DNA of 64,000 bases from a bacterium (GTDB taxonomy: Bacteria > Verrucomicrobiota > Kiritimatiellia > CAIKKV01 > CAITUY01), in assembly GCA_037132275.1 (NCBI GenBank), contig JBAXPK010000009.1, positions 1,655-65,654 on the forward strand, given 5' to 3'. How positions within the stretch are numbered: position 1 is the first letter of the stretch; each line of letters begins with the position of its first letter. The notes below the pieces were generated by a model, which worked only from the letters and a program-made list of their open reading frames with translations, was not told the DNA's origin and did not search any database. Made by a program: the position numbers and the translations under genes. Shown here piece by piece: positions 35,451-44,284 of this stretch.

Positions 35451-35864
35451 ATGGCTAGAAAACGAAGACGAAATTCATTTCAGGCGGGTGAATTGAACCT
35501 GACCGCCATGATTGATGTGGCCTTCCAGTTGCTGGCGTTCTTCATCCTCACGGCGAAGCCGGTGGATGTGATCACCAATCTGGATGTCTTTCGCCCCATG
35601 GCGGAGAAGGCGTCACAGGAACAATCCCCGGCCAAGGTGATCCGGGTAACAGTGTTCCCCGATGGGTTTACGATTAACGATCGGGCTGTGGACAGCAAAG
35701 GGTTGAGCGCACTTCTTGGAAAACTGGCTGATTTGGACAAAACTCAGACCGTTCTCATCCAGTGCCTCAATGAGTCCCCGCACGGCAAGTTGATTGAGTT
35801 ATTGGATCTCTGCGCGAAGCTGAAGCTGACCAATCTTTCTGTGATCAGTTCTGGTGGAGCCTGA
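35451..35864 (+). CDS. exbD: ExbD/TolR-family protein (second copy)
   Basis: ..ELNLTAMIDVAFQLLAFFIL... ATG at 35451 is preferred over the upstream overlapping start. Confidence 0.85.
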   Translation: MARKRRRNSFQAGELNLTAMIDVAFQLLAFFILTAKPVDVITNLDVFRPMAEKASQEQSPAKVIRVTVFPDGFTINDRAVDSKGLSALLGKLADLDKTQTVLIQCLNESPHGKLIELLDLCAKLKLTNLSVISSGGA

Positions 35865-35959
35865 CGGAAGGATTACTTCCGGTTTTTTTGTAATGTTTTG
35901 CTATTTGCAGGTAATAGGCCATAGGTGAGACTAACCCGGTTTTCAGGAGTGCTATAAAC

Positions 35960-37465
35960 ATGGATGTAAACCACATCAAGAGGCTGATCAAGGAGCATGT
36001 CTGGGGCCCCGTGGGGTCAGTCATCGTGCATGTTGTCATTGTGACGATGCTGGTGGTATTTGCGGTGGCACCGCAGTCCCAGGTGGCGCCGGAAGTTGAA
36101 GTCAACATGATGGAAACCAAGGCCGATGTGTTGGAGGAGGTGTTGAAGACTGAGGTTAAGCCTGAAACCCCGCCTCCTGAAAAGGATGTCGATGTGGATC
36201 GGCCGGATTCGGCGACGACCAGCACGATGGATGTTCCTTCCGATGCCCCCGGCAGCGGGATGGGCAATGCCGAGGGAGCAGGGATTGGTAGCGGGGATCC
36301 TTCCCTGGCAGCCGGTTTTGAGGTGGCTATGGCCAAGAGCCCCCTCGTCATGAGGGGTTTATATGCCACACGGACGGCGGGCGGACGGGGTGGGGCGCTC
36401 AGTGCCTTTGGTGGAACCAAACGCGGCGAAGATGCTGTGATGCGCGCCTTGCGTTGGTTAAAGGCCAAGCAGGACGAGGACGGATCATGGAAGACTGTGG
36501 ATCAAGCGTATCCGGATCACGCGCCCGCGATGGCCGGCCTGGCCCTTTTGTGTTTTCTGGCCCATGGGGAAACGCCGGCTTCGCCGGAGTTCGGTCAGAC
36601 GGTCGAAAGAGCCATGAAATATATTGTCAGCAAGCAGGGTCCGAACGGCGGGTTCGGTGAAAAGCCATTCAGCGACCATGGGACCTATGAACATGGCATC
36701 TGCACATATGCCATCGCGGAAGGCTTTGGTCTAACCAAAATCATGGCGTTGAAGGAGGCCATGGACAAGGGAATCCAGATAATCATCAACGGGCAGCAGG
36801 CCTGTGGCGGGTATGACTATGCCTACAAGGCAGAGCCGCGCTGGGATATGTCTGTGACGGGTTGGCAGTTGCAAGCCATGAAGGCGGCCAAAATGGCGGG
36901 TTGTTCCAACGAAAAACTGGAAGAGTCCATTACCAAGGCGATCGATTTTCTTCGTAAGATCAATATTCCCGGTCAGGGAGGGTTTGGGTATAGCGGAAAT
37001 AATGGTGCTCCGGACTCGAAATCGACGCCTTCCATGACCGGCGCCGCCACATTGTGTCTTCAGTTGTTGGGCAAACCTGATTGCAAGGAGGTCAAGAACG
37101 GCTTGAAATGGCTCAATGACAATCCTGTTACCGTGGAGTGGGAGAAAGGCGACGGCGGCAAGCATGCTGTGTATGCTTGGTACTATATCACGCAGGCCAA
37201 GTTCCAAAAGGGCGGTCCTGACTGGAAGGCGTGGAACACCATGTTTTCCACAGCCCTGATCAAGGGGCAGATCATTGAGGGGAAGTTGGGGCACTGGGAG
37301 GGTGGCGATAGCGGGTGGGCCTCGGGGATCGTCTATACCACCACGCTGAGCTGCCTGATGCTGGAAGTCTACTATCGCTATCTGCCTACCTTCCAACATG
37401 TTGAAAACGCTCCGGATGCCCCCGTCGCCGCTAAGTCGGATGACGTGGTGGTGGAAGTGAAGTAA
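35960..37465 (+). CDS. Membrane-anchored protein with a prenyltransferase/squalene-cyclase-type alpha/alpha-toroid repeat domain, at the tonB position
   Basis: One N-terminal TM, then an acidic Pro-containing linker. Repeats follow: ALRWLKAKQDEDGSW, AMKYIVSKQGPNGGFG, NGQQACGGYDY, AIDFLRKINIPGQGGFGY. Confidence 0.65.
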   Translation: MDVNHIKRLIKEHVWGPVGSVIVHVVIVTMLVVFAVAPQSQVAPEVEVNMMETKADVLEEVLKTEVKPETPPPEKDVDVDRPDSATTSTMDVPSDAPGSGMGNAEGAGIGSGDPSLAAGFEVAMAKSPLVMRGLYATRTAGGRGGALSAFGGTKRGEDAVMRALRWLKAKQDEDGSWKTVDQAYPDHAPAMAGLALLCFLAHGETPASPEFGQTVERAMKYIVSKQGPNGGFGEKPFSDHGTYEHGICTYAIAEGFGLTKIMALKEAMDKGIQIIINGQQACGGYDYAYKAEPRWDMSVTGWQLQAMKAAKMAGCSNEKLEESITKAIDFLRKINIPGQGGFGYSGNNGAPDSKSTPSMTGAATLCLQLLGKPDCKEVKNGLKWLNDNPVTVEWEKGDGGKHAVYAWYYITQAKFQKGGPDWKAWNTMFSTALIKGQIIEGKLGHWEGGDSGWASGIVYTTTLSCLMLEVYYRYLPTFQHVENAPDAPVAAKSDDVVVEVK

Positions 37466-37471
37466 TCGCGG

Positions 37472-39259
37472 ATGAGCGAAGGCGGGCACATACGGCTTCT
37501 TCCCACCGATGTGGCTAATAAAATCGCGGCGGGAGAGGTCGTTGAGCGTCCTGCCTCCGTTCTCAAGGAAGTCCTCGAAAACGCCATTGATGCCGGCGCC
37601 ACTCAAATTGATGTCGAGATTGTAGCTGGCGGAACCCGCCTTGTTTCGGTGGCCGACAACGGATCCGGCATGAATCGCGATGACGCCCTTCTCGCCATTG
37701 AGAGGCATGCCACCAGTAAAATCTACACGGTGGCGGACATTGAGCACATTCACACCCTGGGTTTCCGCGGGGAGGCGCTTGCCGCCATCTCCTCGGTTTC
37801 ACGCTTCCGTTTTCAAACCCGGCGGCATGATGAGTTGGCCGGGACGGAATTGGTCGTCAGCGGAGGAAAACTGCTCGACGTGAAGGATGCCGGCTGTCCG
37901 CCCGGCACCCTCTTTGAGGTTCGCGACCTTTTTTTTAATATTCCCGTGCGCCGGAAATTCCTGAGGTCCCCCCAGACAGAAACCGTGCATGTGAGGCAGA
38001 TGTTTCTACTGCAAGCATTGGCGTGGCCGGCGGTGGGGATGAGTTTGACTCTGGATGGCCGGCGCGCCTGGTCCTTGGCTTCCGGCTCTACCCCGCTGGA
38101 ACGGATTCGTGAACTGTTCGGGAAGGATCTCGTGGAAAAGTTGTGCCCGGTGACGAAGCCTTCCGGAGAAGTTAGGATTTCGGGCTTTGTCAGCCTCCCA
38201 GAGCTGACCCGTGGCGACAGGACGGAGCAGTATGTTTTTGTAAACGGACGCCCTGCCACGGCCCCCGTGGTAAATTATGCCCTTGGTGAAGCCTTTCATG
38301 CCTTGATTGCCGAGGGGCGGCATCCTTATGTTTTTTTGTATCTGGAGACGGATCCGGAACTAGTTGATGTGAACGTACATCCCACCAAGAAGGAAGTCCG
38401 CTTCCGGAATCCCTCCGAGGTGCGGGATGCGATTATTGGCGCGATCCGCTCGGCTTTGTCGGGTGCGGGATCCGCATTTGTGGCAGGGCAGGGATCGGGG
38501 CCTGAGGGTCCCTTGGACGGAGATCAAAAGGTCATCCTGCCCACCCTTCAAATTGATGATCTTCCCGTGTCACGCGTGTTTTCGTATCCACGCCTGCCGC
38601 CTCAGGAAGTGAGGCCTATCGTGATGCCGGGCAGGGCCACGCCCGACCTTTTGGCGGCCGCTCCCGTGCAGAAGGGACCGTGGACATGGTGTCGTGTGAT
38701 CGGGCAAATAGGCGGGCTCTATGTGCTGCTCGAAACCGGGGATGGTTACGTCGTCATGGATCCCCACGCGGCCCACGAGCGGGTCTTGTTTGAAAAAATC
38801 CTGAACTCACTGGAGCATGGGCGTGTGGAAAGTCAGGGACTACTGGCGCCGACGACGGTTGAGTTGCAGCCCCGTGATGCGCTCTTCGTTCGCAAGAATC
38901 TAGATGTGATCAAGAAGATGGGGATTGGAGTGGCGGAGTTTGGGGGCGATACCTTTGTTGTGGATGCGTTGCCGCAAGGGATGGAAGAATTGGATATCAA
39001 GGAGTTGCTGATTGATATGGCGCATCATCTTGAAACCCTTGGCGAGCGGGGTAGTCATACCCGCTGGCGTGAAGAGGCCATTGCGCAGGCAGCCTGTAAG
39101 GCGGCCGTGAAGGCCCGTGACCGGTTGAGCCTGCTGGAAGTGGAACAACTGGTTATTGACCTGGCCTCGGCCGAGATGCCCTATACCTGCCCCCATGGCC
39201 GCCCGACTTTAATCTATACCTCATTCAAGGAACTTGCCCGCAAGTTCGGACGGGAATAA
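37472..39259 (+). CDS. mutL: DNA mismatch repair protein MutL
   Basis: [35 protein letters not shown] and the GFRGEAL motif. Confidence 0.95.
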   Translation: [595 protein letters not shown]

Positions 39260-39392
39260 CTGGGGATTGACGGAGCCGTCGCTGATGTCCATAGATCGCC
39301 ACTTGCTATATCAGTCCTTCGGCGTACCATTCTGCCCCATGGATCACGTCGATAGACCCCGATTCTCAAATCGCCGGAACCGGCGGCATGCC

Positions 39393-39962
39393 ATGCAGTC
39401 ACAAACGCACAGAAAGACGCGAAACGGTGTGGCTGTAATTCTCTGTTTCGTGGTTCTGGCCTTGACGGCCATGCCGTCACTCGGGCAGCAGAAAACGCGG
39501 GAGGCTCCCGCGAGGACGAATGCCCCACCCACCCATATCCTGTTTGTGTGCACGGGCAACTTCTACCGAAGCCGCTTCGCCGAGGAGTATTTCAACTACA
39601 AGGCGAAACAGCTTGGCCTCGCGTGTCGCGCCGAGTCACGCGGGACCATAGTTGTGCCAGGAGCCGATCCGGGGCCTCCGGGAATGTCTCCCACGACCCT
39701 GGTGAAGTTGGAAGAGCGTGGCATCAAACCAGCCGGAACAAACCGTTGCCGCATGGCGCTTTCGACCAATGACATTTCCCGATTTGATGTCTTCGTCGCC
39801 CTCAACGGGGCAGAGCAGCTCGAGGCCATGAAGCGCGTGGGCTATCCCGCTCAACGCACCATTTCATGGGATATCCAGGACGGTGTCGAGAACGTCGATC
39901 GCGAATTCTCGCGTCTGGTGGCCGACCTGGATGCACTGCTCAAAGATTGTATCGTTCCCTGA
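39393..39962 (+). CDS. Low-molecular-weight phosphotyrosine phosphatase / ArsC-like protein with an N-terminal signal or anchor
   Basis: ILFVCTGNFYRSR is the CX5R(S/T) P-loop. It is preceded by the hydrophobic segment VAVILCFVVLALTAMPSLG. The start is uncertain (39234, 39285 or 39393). Confidence 0.65.
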   Translation: MQSQTHRKTRNGVAVILCFVVLALTAMPSLGQQKTREAPARTNAPPTHILFVCTGNFYRSRFAEEYFNYKAKQLGLACRAESRGTIVVPGADPGPPGMSPTTLVKLEERGIKPAGTNRCRMALSTNDISRFDVFVALNGAEQLEAMKRVGYPAQRTISWDIQDGVENVDREFSRLVADLDALLKDCIVP

Positions 39963-40072
39963 ACCGTTCTGTTAACAACCGCCCTCCTACGCCCTGCGGC
40001 GGGTAAGCCTTGCGCGGCAATTGTTTTGGTCGCAGACCATCCGTAGCTCAAGCGTTAGCACCGGGCGAAGGA

Positions 40073-40166
40073 TGGCGGAGAGGGAGGGATTTGAACCCTC
40101 GGTACCGGTTGTTACCAGTACGGCGGTTTAGCAAACCGCTGCTTTCGACCACTCAGCCACCTCTCC
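40073..40166 (-). tRNA. tRNA-Ser (anticodon GCT), long variable arm, CCA encoded
   Basis: The reverse complement reads GGAGAGGTGGCTGAGTGGTCGAAAGCAGCGGTTTGCTAAACCGC..GAGGGTTCAAATCCCTCCCTCTCCGCCA. Confidence 0.9.
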
Positions 40167-40381
40167 AGGAAAAGAAATAACGACTCCAAACAGGTGAGTA
40201 ATCGCGGCTAAAGCTAGGGAAGGAGCCTTGAAAAGTCAAGGGCGGGTTTACTCGGGGCTAGGGTGCCATCGATAAACATTTGCTCACCCGTGGGCAAGTC
40301 GTGCAGGCAAAAGCCATTGCATTTCCAGCCTGCTTCAGGCACCGTACCCACTAGACATCGCAATCTCAGGTGGCACCAGGC

Positions 40382-42223
40382 ATGCTTATCATTGTTGAAT
40401 CGCCGACCAAGGCAAAAAAAATACAATCCCTTCTCCGGGTCAAGGCCATGTCGACCGTGGGTCACTTCAAAGACCTTCCCGATGCCGTCCTCGGGGTTGA
40501 CCTCAAAACTTACGAGCCAACTTTTGTCTATCACGAGAAGAAGGCTCATCTTCCTGAGGCCTTGCGGGCGGCCGCCAAAGGGGAAACCGTGATGCTGGCC
40601 GGCGACCCGGACCGCGAGGGTTATGCCATCAGTTGTCACATTTTCGACGAGGTCAAGTCCGTTGCCAAGGAATGCCTCCGCATGGAGATTTACGAGGTCA
40701 CCGAAAAGGGGCTCAAGGAAGCCCTGGCCAAGGCGGTTCCTTTCGCGCAGACCAATACCGGACTGTACAATGCGTTCCTCGGGCGCAGGGTTGGCGACCG
40801 GTTGGTCGGGTATATCCTTTCCCCGATCGCCAGCAGAAGCCTCCACAATAAATTCAGCGTCGGGCGGGTGCAGTCACCTGCGGTCCGATTGGTGGTGGAT
40901 CGCGAGCGGGAGATTAGGAATTTCACGTCATCTTTATACTGGATCTTAAGCATTCAACTCAATAAGGAGGGCGCCCTGTTTTCGGCATCGCATGTCAAAG
41001 GCAAGTTCGAGAATCTGGCCGATGCCAAGGGAATAATCGCCGCCATCCAGGGGGAAACCCATGCACGGGCCGAAAAAGTTGACCAGAAGGAAACCCGCCA
41101 ATCGCCGAAGCCGCCGTTCACGACGGTGGATCTGCAAGCGGCGGCCGCCGCCCGGTTGAAATTTACCCCGGAATTGACGATGAAACTCGCCCAAGCCCTC
41201 TTTGACCATGGTTTGACGACCTATCACCGCACCGATTCCGTCCGGATGGACGAGGCGTTTATCGCCGAGATCCGCGGGTTTCTAGAGAAGACGCTCGGCG
41301 CCGGCTATCTTCCGGCCAAGCCCAACCAGTATAAGTCGAAAAACTCGCAGGCGGAGGCTCATGAAGGCATTCGTCCCACCCATATGCATTCCGTCTCTGA
41401 GATCGACGCCCTGATGGCCAGGGAGCAACTCACCTCGGAACACGCCAAGCTTTACGACCTGATTTTCCGGCGGGCTGTGGCGAGCCAAATGGCGCCGGCA
41501 CGCTACGACGCCACGATGTTGCTTTTCGATGTGGCCGGTGAAAAATTCAAGGCCACCGGCCGGGTTCTTAAATTTGACGGGTTTCTCAAGGTGTACGCCG
41601 AGGCTGATGAGGAGAAGGAGCGCAAGGCGGAGGAGGAACGCAAGGGGGAGGAAGAGAAAACGCAGACGCTTCCCCCCGTGGCCCTGGGCGAGCGGGTACT
41701 GAAAGACAAGGAGACCCTGGAGGAGAAAAAGACCAAGCCGCCGGGCCGGTTTACGCTGGGCTCGCTTGTGAAGGAACTGGAGCGGCTCGGTATCGGGCGC
41801 CCCTCGACCTACGCAACCATTACCAAGAATATTACCGACCGCGGTTATGTGAGTGTGGAAAAAGGAAAGGTGGTTCCCCTGCCGCCCGGCGAAGCCCTGA
41901 TCGATTTTCTGAGGGCGAAGCATTCCTGGGTGATTGATTACGAACTGACCAGCAAGATGGAGGCTGTTCTTGACCGTGTGGTTGAGAATACAGAAACCTG
42001 GCAACGTTTTTGCAAAGGCGTTCACAACAAGATGGGGTATGCGGTTCCCCCGGCGCGAGCCGTTGGGGGCGGCCCGAGCGAGGCGCAACTCAAGTACGCC
42101 GCAGCCCTGGCGGCTCAACACCATCTTTCGATACCCGAAGAAACCCTGAAGACCGGCAAGGCGCTTTCGGAATGGATCGCGGAGAGGGTTGGAAAGAAGG
42201 GCCCAGCGCATTCTTCCGGATGA
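40382..42223 (+). CDS. Short type IA DNA topoisomerase (Toprim + topoisomerase core, no Zn-finger tail)
   Basis: MLIIVESPTKAKKI..GDPDREGYAIS Toprim motifs. ..TYHRTDS.. is the active-site Tyr context. There is a Glu/Lys-rich insertion at aa ~405-425. Confidence 0.8.
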   Translation: MLIIVESPTKAKKIQSLLRVKAMSTVGHFKDLPDAVLGVDLKTYEPTFVYHEKKAHLPEALRAAAKGETVMLAGDPDREGYAISCHIFDEVKSVAKECLRMEIYEVTEKGLKEALAKAVPFAQTNTGLYNAFLGRRVGDRLVGYILSPIASRSLHNKFSVGRVQSPAVRLVVDREREIRNFTSSLYWILSIQLNKEGALFSASHVKGKFENLADAKGIIAAIQGETHARAEKVDQKETRQSPKPPFTTVDLQAAAAARLKFTPELTMKLAQALFDHGLTTYHRTDSVRMDEAFIAEIRGFLEKTLGAGYLPAKPNQYKSKNSQAEAHEGIRPTHMHSVSEIDALMAREQLTSEHAKLYDLIFRRAVASQMAPARYDATMLLFDVAGEKFKATGRVLKFDGFLKVYAEADEEKERKAEEERKGEEEKTQTLPPVALGERVLKDKETLEEKKTKPPGRFTLGSLVKELERLGIGRPSTYATITKNITDRGYVSVEKGKVVPLPPGEALIDFLRAKHSWVIDYELTSKMEAVLDRVVENTETWQRFCKGVHNKMGYAVPPARAVGGGPSEAQLKYAAALAAQHHLSIPEETLKTGKALSEWIAERVGKKGPAHSSG

Positions 42224-42259
42224 TGAGCCTGCAAAACAGTGAAGAATAATGGCTGCGGA

Positions 42260-42802
42260 TCAGCAAGGCAGCAGAAGGCCGGAGTCGGAATGCAGTCTGT
42301 CGCGTAGGTCGGCCATGGAATCAAACGTTAAATCCGCCACGTCCCTGGGGGCGGAAGGATGAACAAGGATGGTGCGGCATCCGGCAGTTCGCCCGGCTTC
42401 CGCATCCTTGGGTGAATCGCCGATCATCCATGATTTTGAGAGGTCGATGGAATGGGCTTTTGCCGCCGCTAAAATCATGCCGGGTTTGGGTTTGCGGCAC
42501 GTGCACCCCGCGTCATTATCATGGGGGCAGTAATAAATGTCCAGTAGGGCGAGGCCGTGCCGCTCTTTCAGGGCCGCGCGCAACCGGTGATGGATGTCTT
42601 CCACGGTTGCCGCCGTCATGATGCCGCGGGCCACGCCGCGCTGGTTGGTTACGATCACGGCAGCATAGCCAAGGCCGGTGACGTTCCGGAGAATATCAAC
42701 GAACTCCGGCAGAATGTGGAAATCTTCCCAGCGTTCAACGTAACCCGGTCCGGGAGATTGGTTCACAATCCCATCCCGGTCAAAAAAGATGCACTTGATC
42801 AT
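42260..42802 (-). CDS. gmhB: HAD-IIIA phosphatase, D,D-heptose 1,7-bisphosphate phosphatase-like
   Basis: IFFDRDGIVN..VTNQ..C.CRKPKPGM..GDS motifs. Confidence 0.85.
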   Translation of the reverse strand: MIKCIFFDRDGIVNQSPGPGYVERWEDFHILPEFVDILRNVTGLGYAAVIVTNQRGVARGIMTAATVEDIHHRLRAALKERHGLALLDIYYCPHDNDAGCTCRKPKPGMILAAAKAHSIDLSKSWMIGDSPKDAEAGRTAGCRTILVHPSAPRDVADLTFDSMADLRDRLHSDSGLLLPC

Positions 42803-44136
42803 GGGACCTTCACTTTCACTTCAAACGAAGTTTCCGCAAATATCTGGGATCGTACCGAACCGACCTTGTAGGCGACAACCCGTAATGTATGGGGGCCTTG
42901 GGTGAGGGTGGCTGGATCCAGGATCGTTTCCGGGTTATTCCCCACGGCCTGCAGGGTTCTTCCGTCGAGCAGGAACATGAACCGGTTAAACACCTCGTTG
43001 CGACGGGATTGGATTACAGCGGTAACAGGTTTGCGTTTTGCAAAGGATCCGTCCTCAAGGCCGCGAATCACCAGTGTTGACAACGGGGACCAGGGACTGG
43101 CGAGGGGTTCGCCCAGCAGCAGGATCTGGAGGGGGCAGCGGATGGATTGTGTAAGGCTTTCGAGGATGGTGCAGCCTGCCGCCTGGAGGGAAAAGACCCG
43201 CGCATGCGGGAACTTCATCCATATTGAGCGCGGCTCAACCACGGTTCCGGCCGATGCCGTGGCGCCGGCCCGGATCCATTCGGTGATTTTGGTTTGGCTG
43301 TTGCTGTCGAAAACCGCCCCGAAACTGGTCAAATGTTCGGCGATGGCCCCGGGTAGGAAATTGAACGGTCGGGTGGAGATTCCGGGTACATCCGCGATCC
43401 CGGACATGAGTCCGATTTGTCCGTCAGGATTTGACGGGAATGCGTTGGTTATGACGGTGGCGATACCCTGGGCTTTCAAGTCGCGAATGACGGGGGCGAA
43501 TTCCCAGGTCCGGCAGAGGGTTCGTACGTCATTGTTTGTTACGAGGGTGATCGTGCCGTCCGGCCAGGTCCGGTCGGACTTTACGCCAGCCCGCAGGCAG
43601 GCCATGATTTCCTCGCGAGTATTGCCGTTGGGCCCCATATAGCCCAGCATCATGCTCGGAACGGGCATGTCCTGTCCGAGCCAGGCGTTCAGAACATCCA
43701 GCGACTGGGCGGGAAACCCGTGTGTTTGTCCGGCGCCCGGCCCGGCGAAAAGAGGGGAGGCGTAGGTTCCTTTTTCAGTCCATTCCTTCTCCGGTAACCG
43801 GCCTTTCAGGAAGGTGATGCCATGGAGGGAAAGGGCCGGGGTGGAGGTGATGCGGATGGGGAAGTCCACGGAATAGATCCAGGCGAGGATATGGTCGCCG
43901 ATGCCGCGTTCCCGTATGGCGAGGCACGCCGGCGCCCAGATTGTTTTGGTGAACTCATCCGGCGTCATCTCCAGCGCCGGATTTTCCGGGAGGTCGAGTT
44001 CCACCAGGTTGACCCCGGGGACATTCCGCAACGCGGCATATTCCCGTGCTATTTCCAGGGATCGCGGGGAGTGGCGGTTAGCGAGCAGCAATACCTCATG
44101 GGGACCCAGCGCGAAGGCGGTGGAAGCCAGTCCCAA
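42799..44136 (-). CDS. Conserved hypothetical, probably exported protein (recalled as TIGR03790-like; unverified)
   Basis: 445-aa ORF coupled (4-bp overlap) to gmhB. The only available start is TTG at 44136, leaving a truncated signal-peptide-like N-terminus directly abutting the heptamer palindrome. Confidence 0.55.
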   Translation of the reverse strand: MGLASTAFALGPHEVLLLANRHSPRSLEIAREYAALRNVPGVNLVELDLPENPALEMTPDEFTKTIWAPACLAIRERGIGDHILAWIYSVDFPIRITSTPALSLHGITFLKGRLPEKEWTEKGTYASPLFAGPGAGQTHGFPAQSLDVLNAWLGQDMPVPSMMLGYMGPNGNTREEIMACLRAGVKSDRTWPDGTITLVTNNDVRTLCRTWEFAPVIRDLKAQGIATVITNAFPSNPDGQIGLMSGIADVPGISTRPFNFLPGAIAEHLTSFGAVFDSNSQTKITEWIRAGATASAGTVVEPRSIWMKFPHARVFSLQAAGCTILESLTQSIRCPLQILLLGEPLASPWSPLSTLVIRGLEDGSFAKRKPVTAVIQSRRNEVFNRFMFLLDGRTLQAVGNNPETILDPATLTQGPHTLRVVAYKVGSVRSQIFAETSFEVKVKVP

Positions 44137-44140
44137 AAAA

Positions 44141-44272
44141 GAAATCAGAATCCAGAATCCAGAATCCAGAATCCAGAAAACTGAAGTTGAAAAGAAAGAG
44201 GCCGGATTCAGAACGATGTTCTTCTGAATTTCGGTTTCAACATTCTGGATTCTGGATTCTGGATTCTGGATA
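44141..44272. repeat. ~130-bp imperfect palindrome built from (CCAGAAT)n arms
   Basis: Left arm TCAGAAT(CCAGAAT)3CCAGAA at 44145-44178. Right arm (TTCTGGA)n at 44243-44269. Inner perfect inverted repeat ATTCAGAA (44206-44213) / TTCTGAAT (44222-44229). Confidence 0.85.
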
Positions 44273-44284
44273 CCGTCCCTTCCT

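Noticed and set aside
39963-42223. Prophage or ICE integrated at tRNA-Ser.
   Set aside because: No integrase, excisionase, phage or conjugation genes are present. No direct repeat of the tRNA 3' end was noticed. The genes that follow (gmhB, glgP) are housekeeping.
44145-44178. Heptanucleotide-repeat phase variation switching the downstream exported-protein gene on and off.
   Set aside because: The only reverse-strand ATG upstream (44241-44243) is in another frame and terminates after about 11 codons. No frame has a start codon that repeat gain or loss would obviously connect to the ORF. The observation is retained as a repeat element only.
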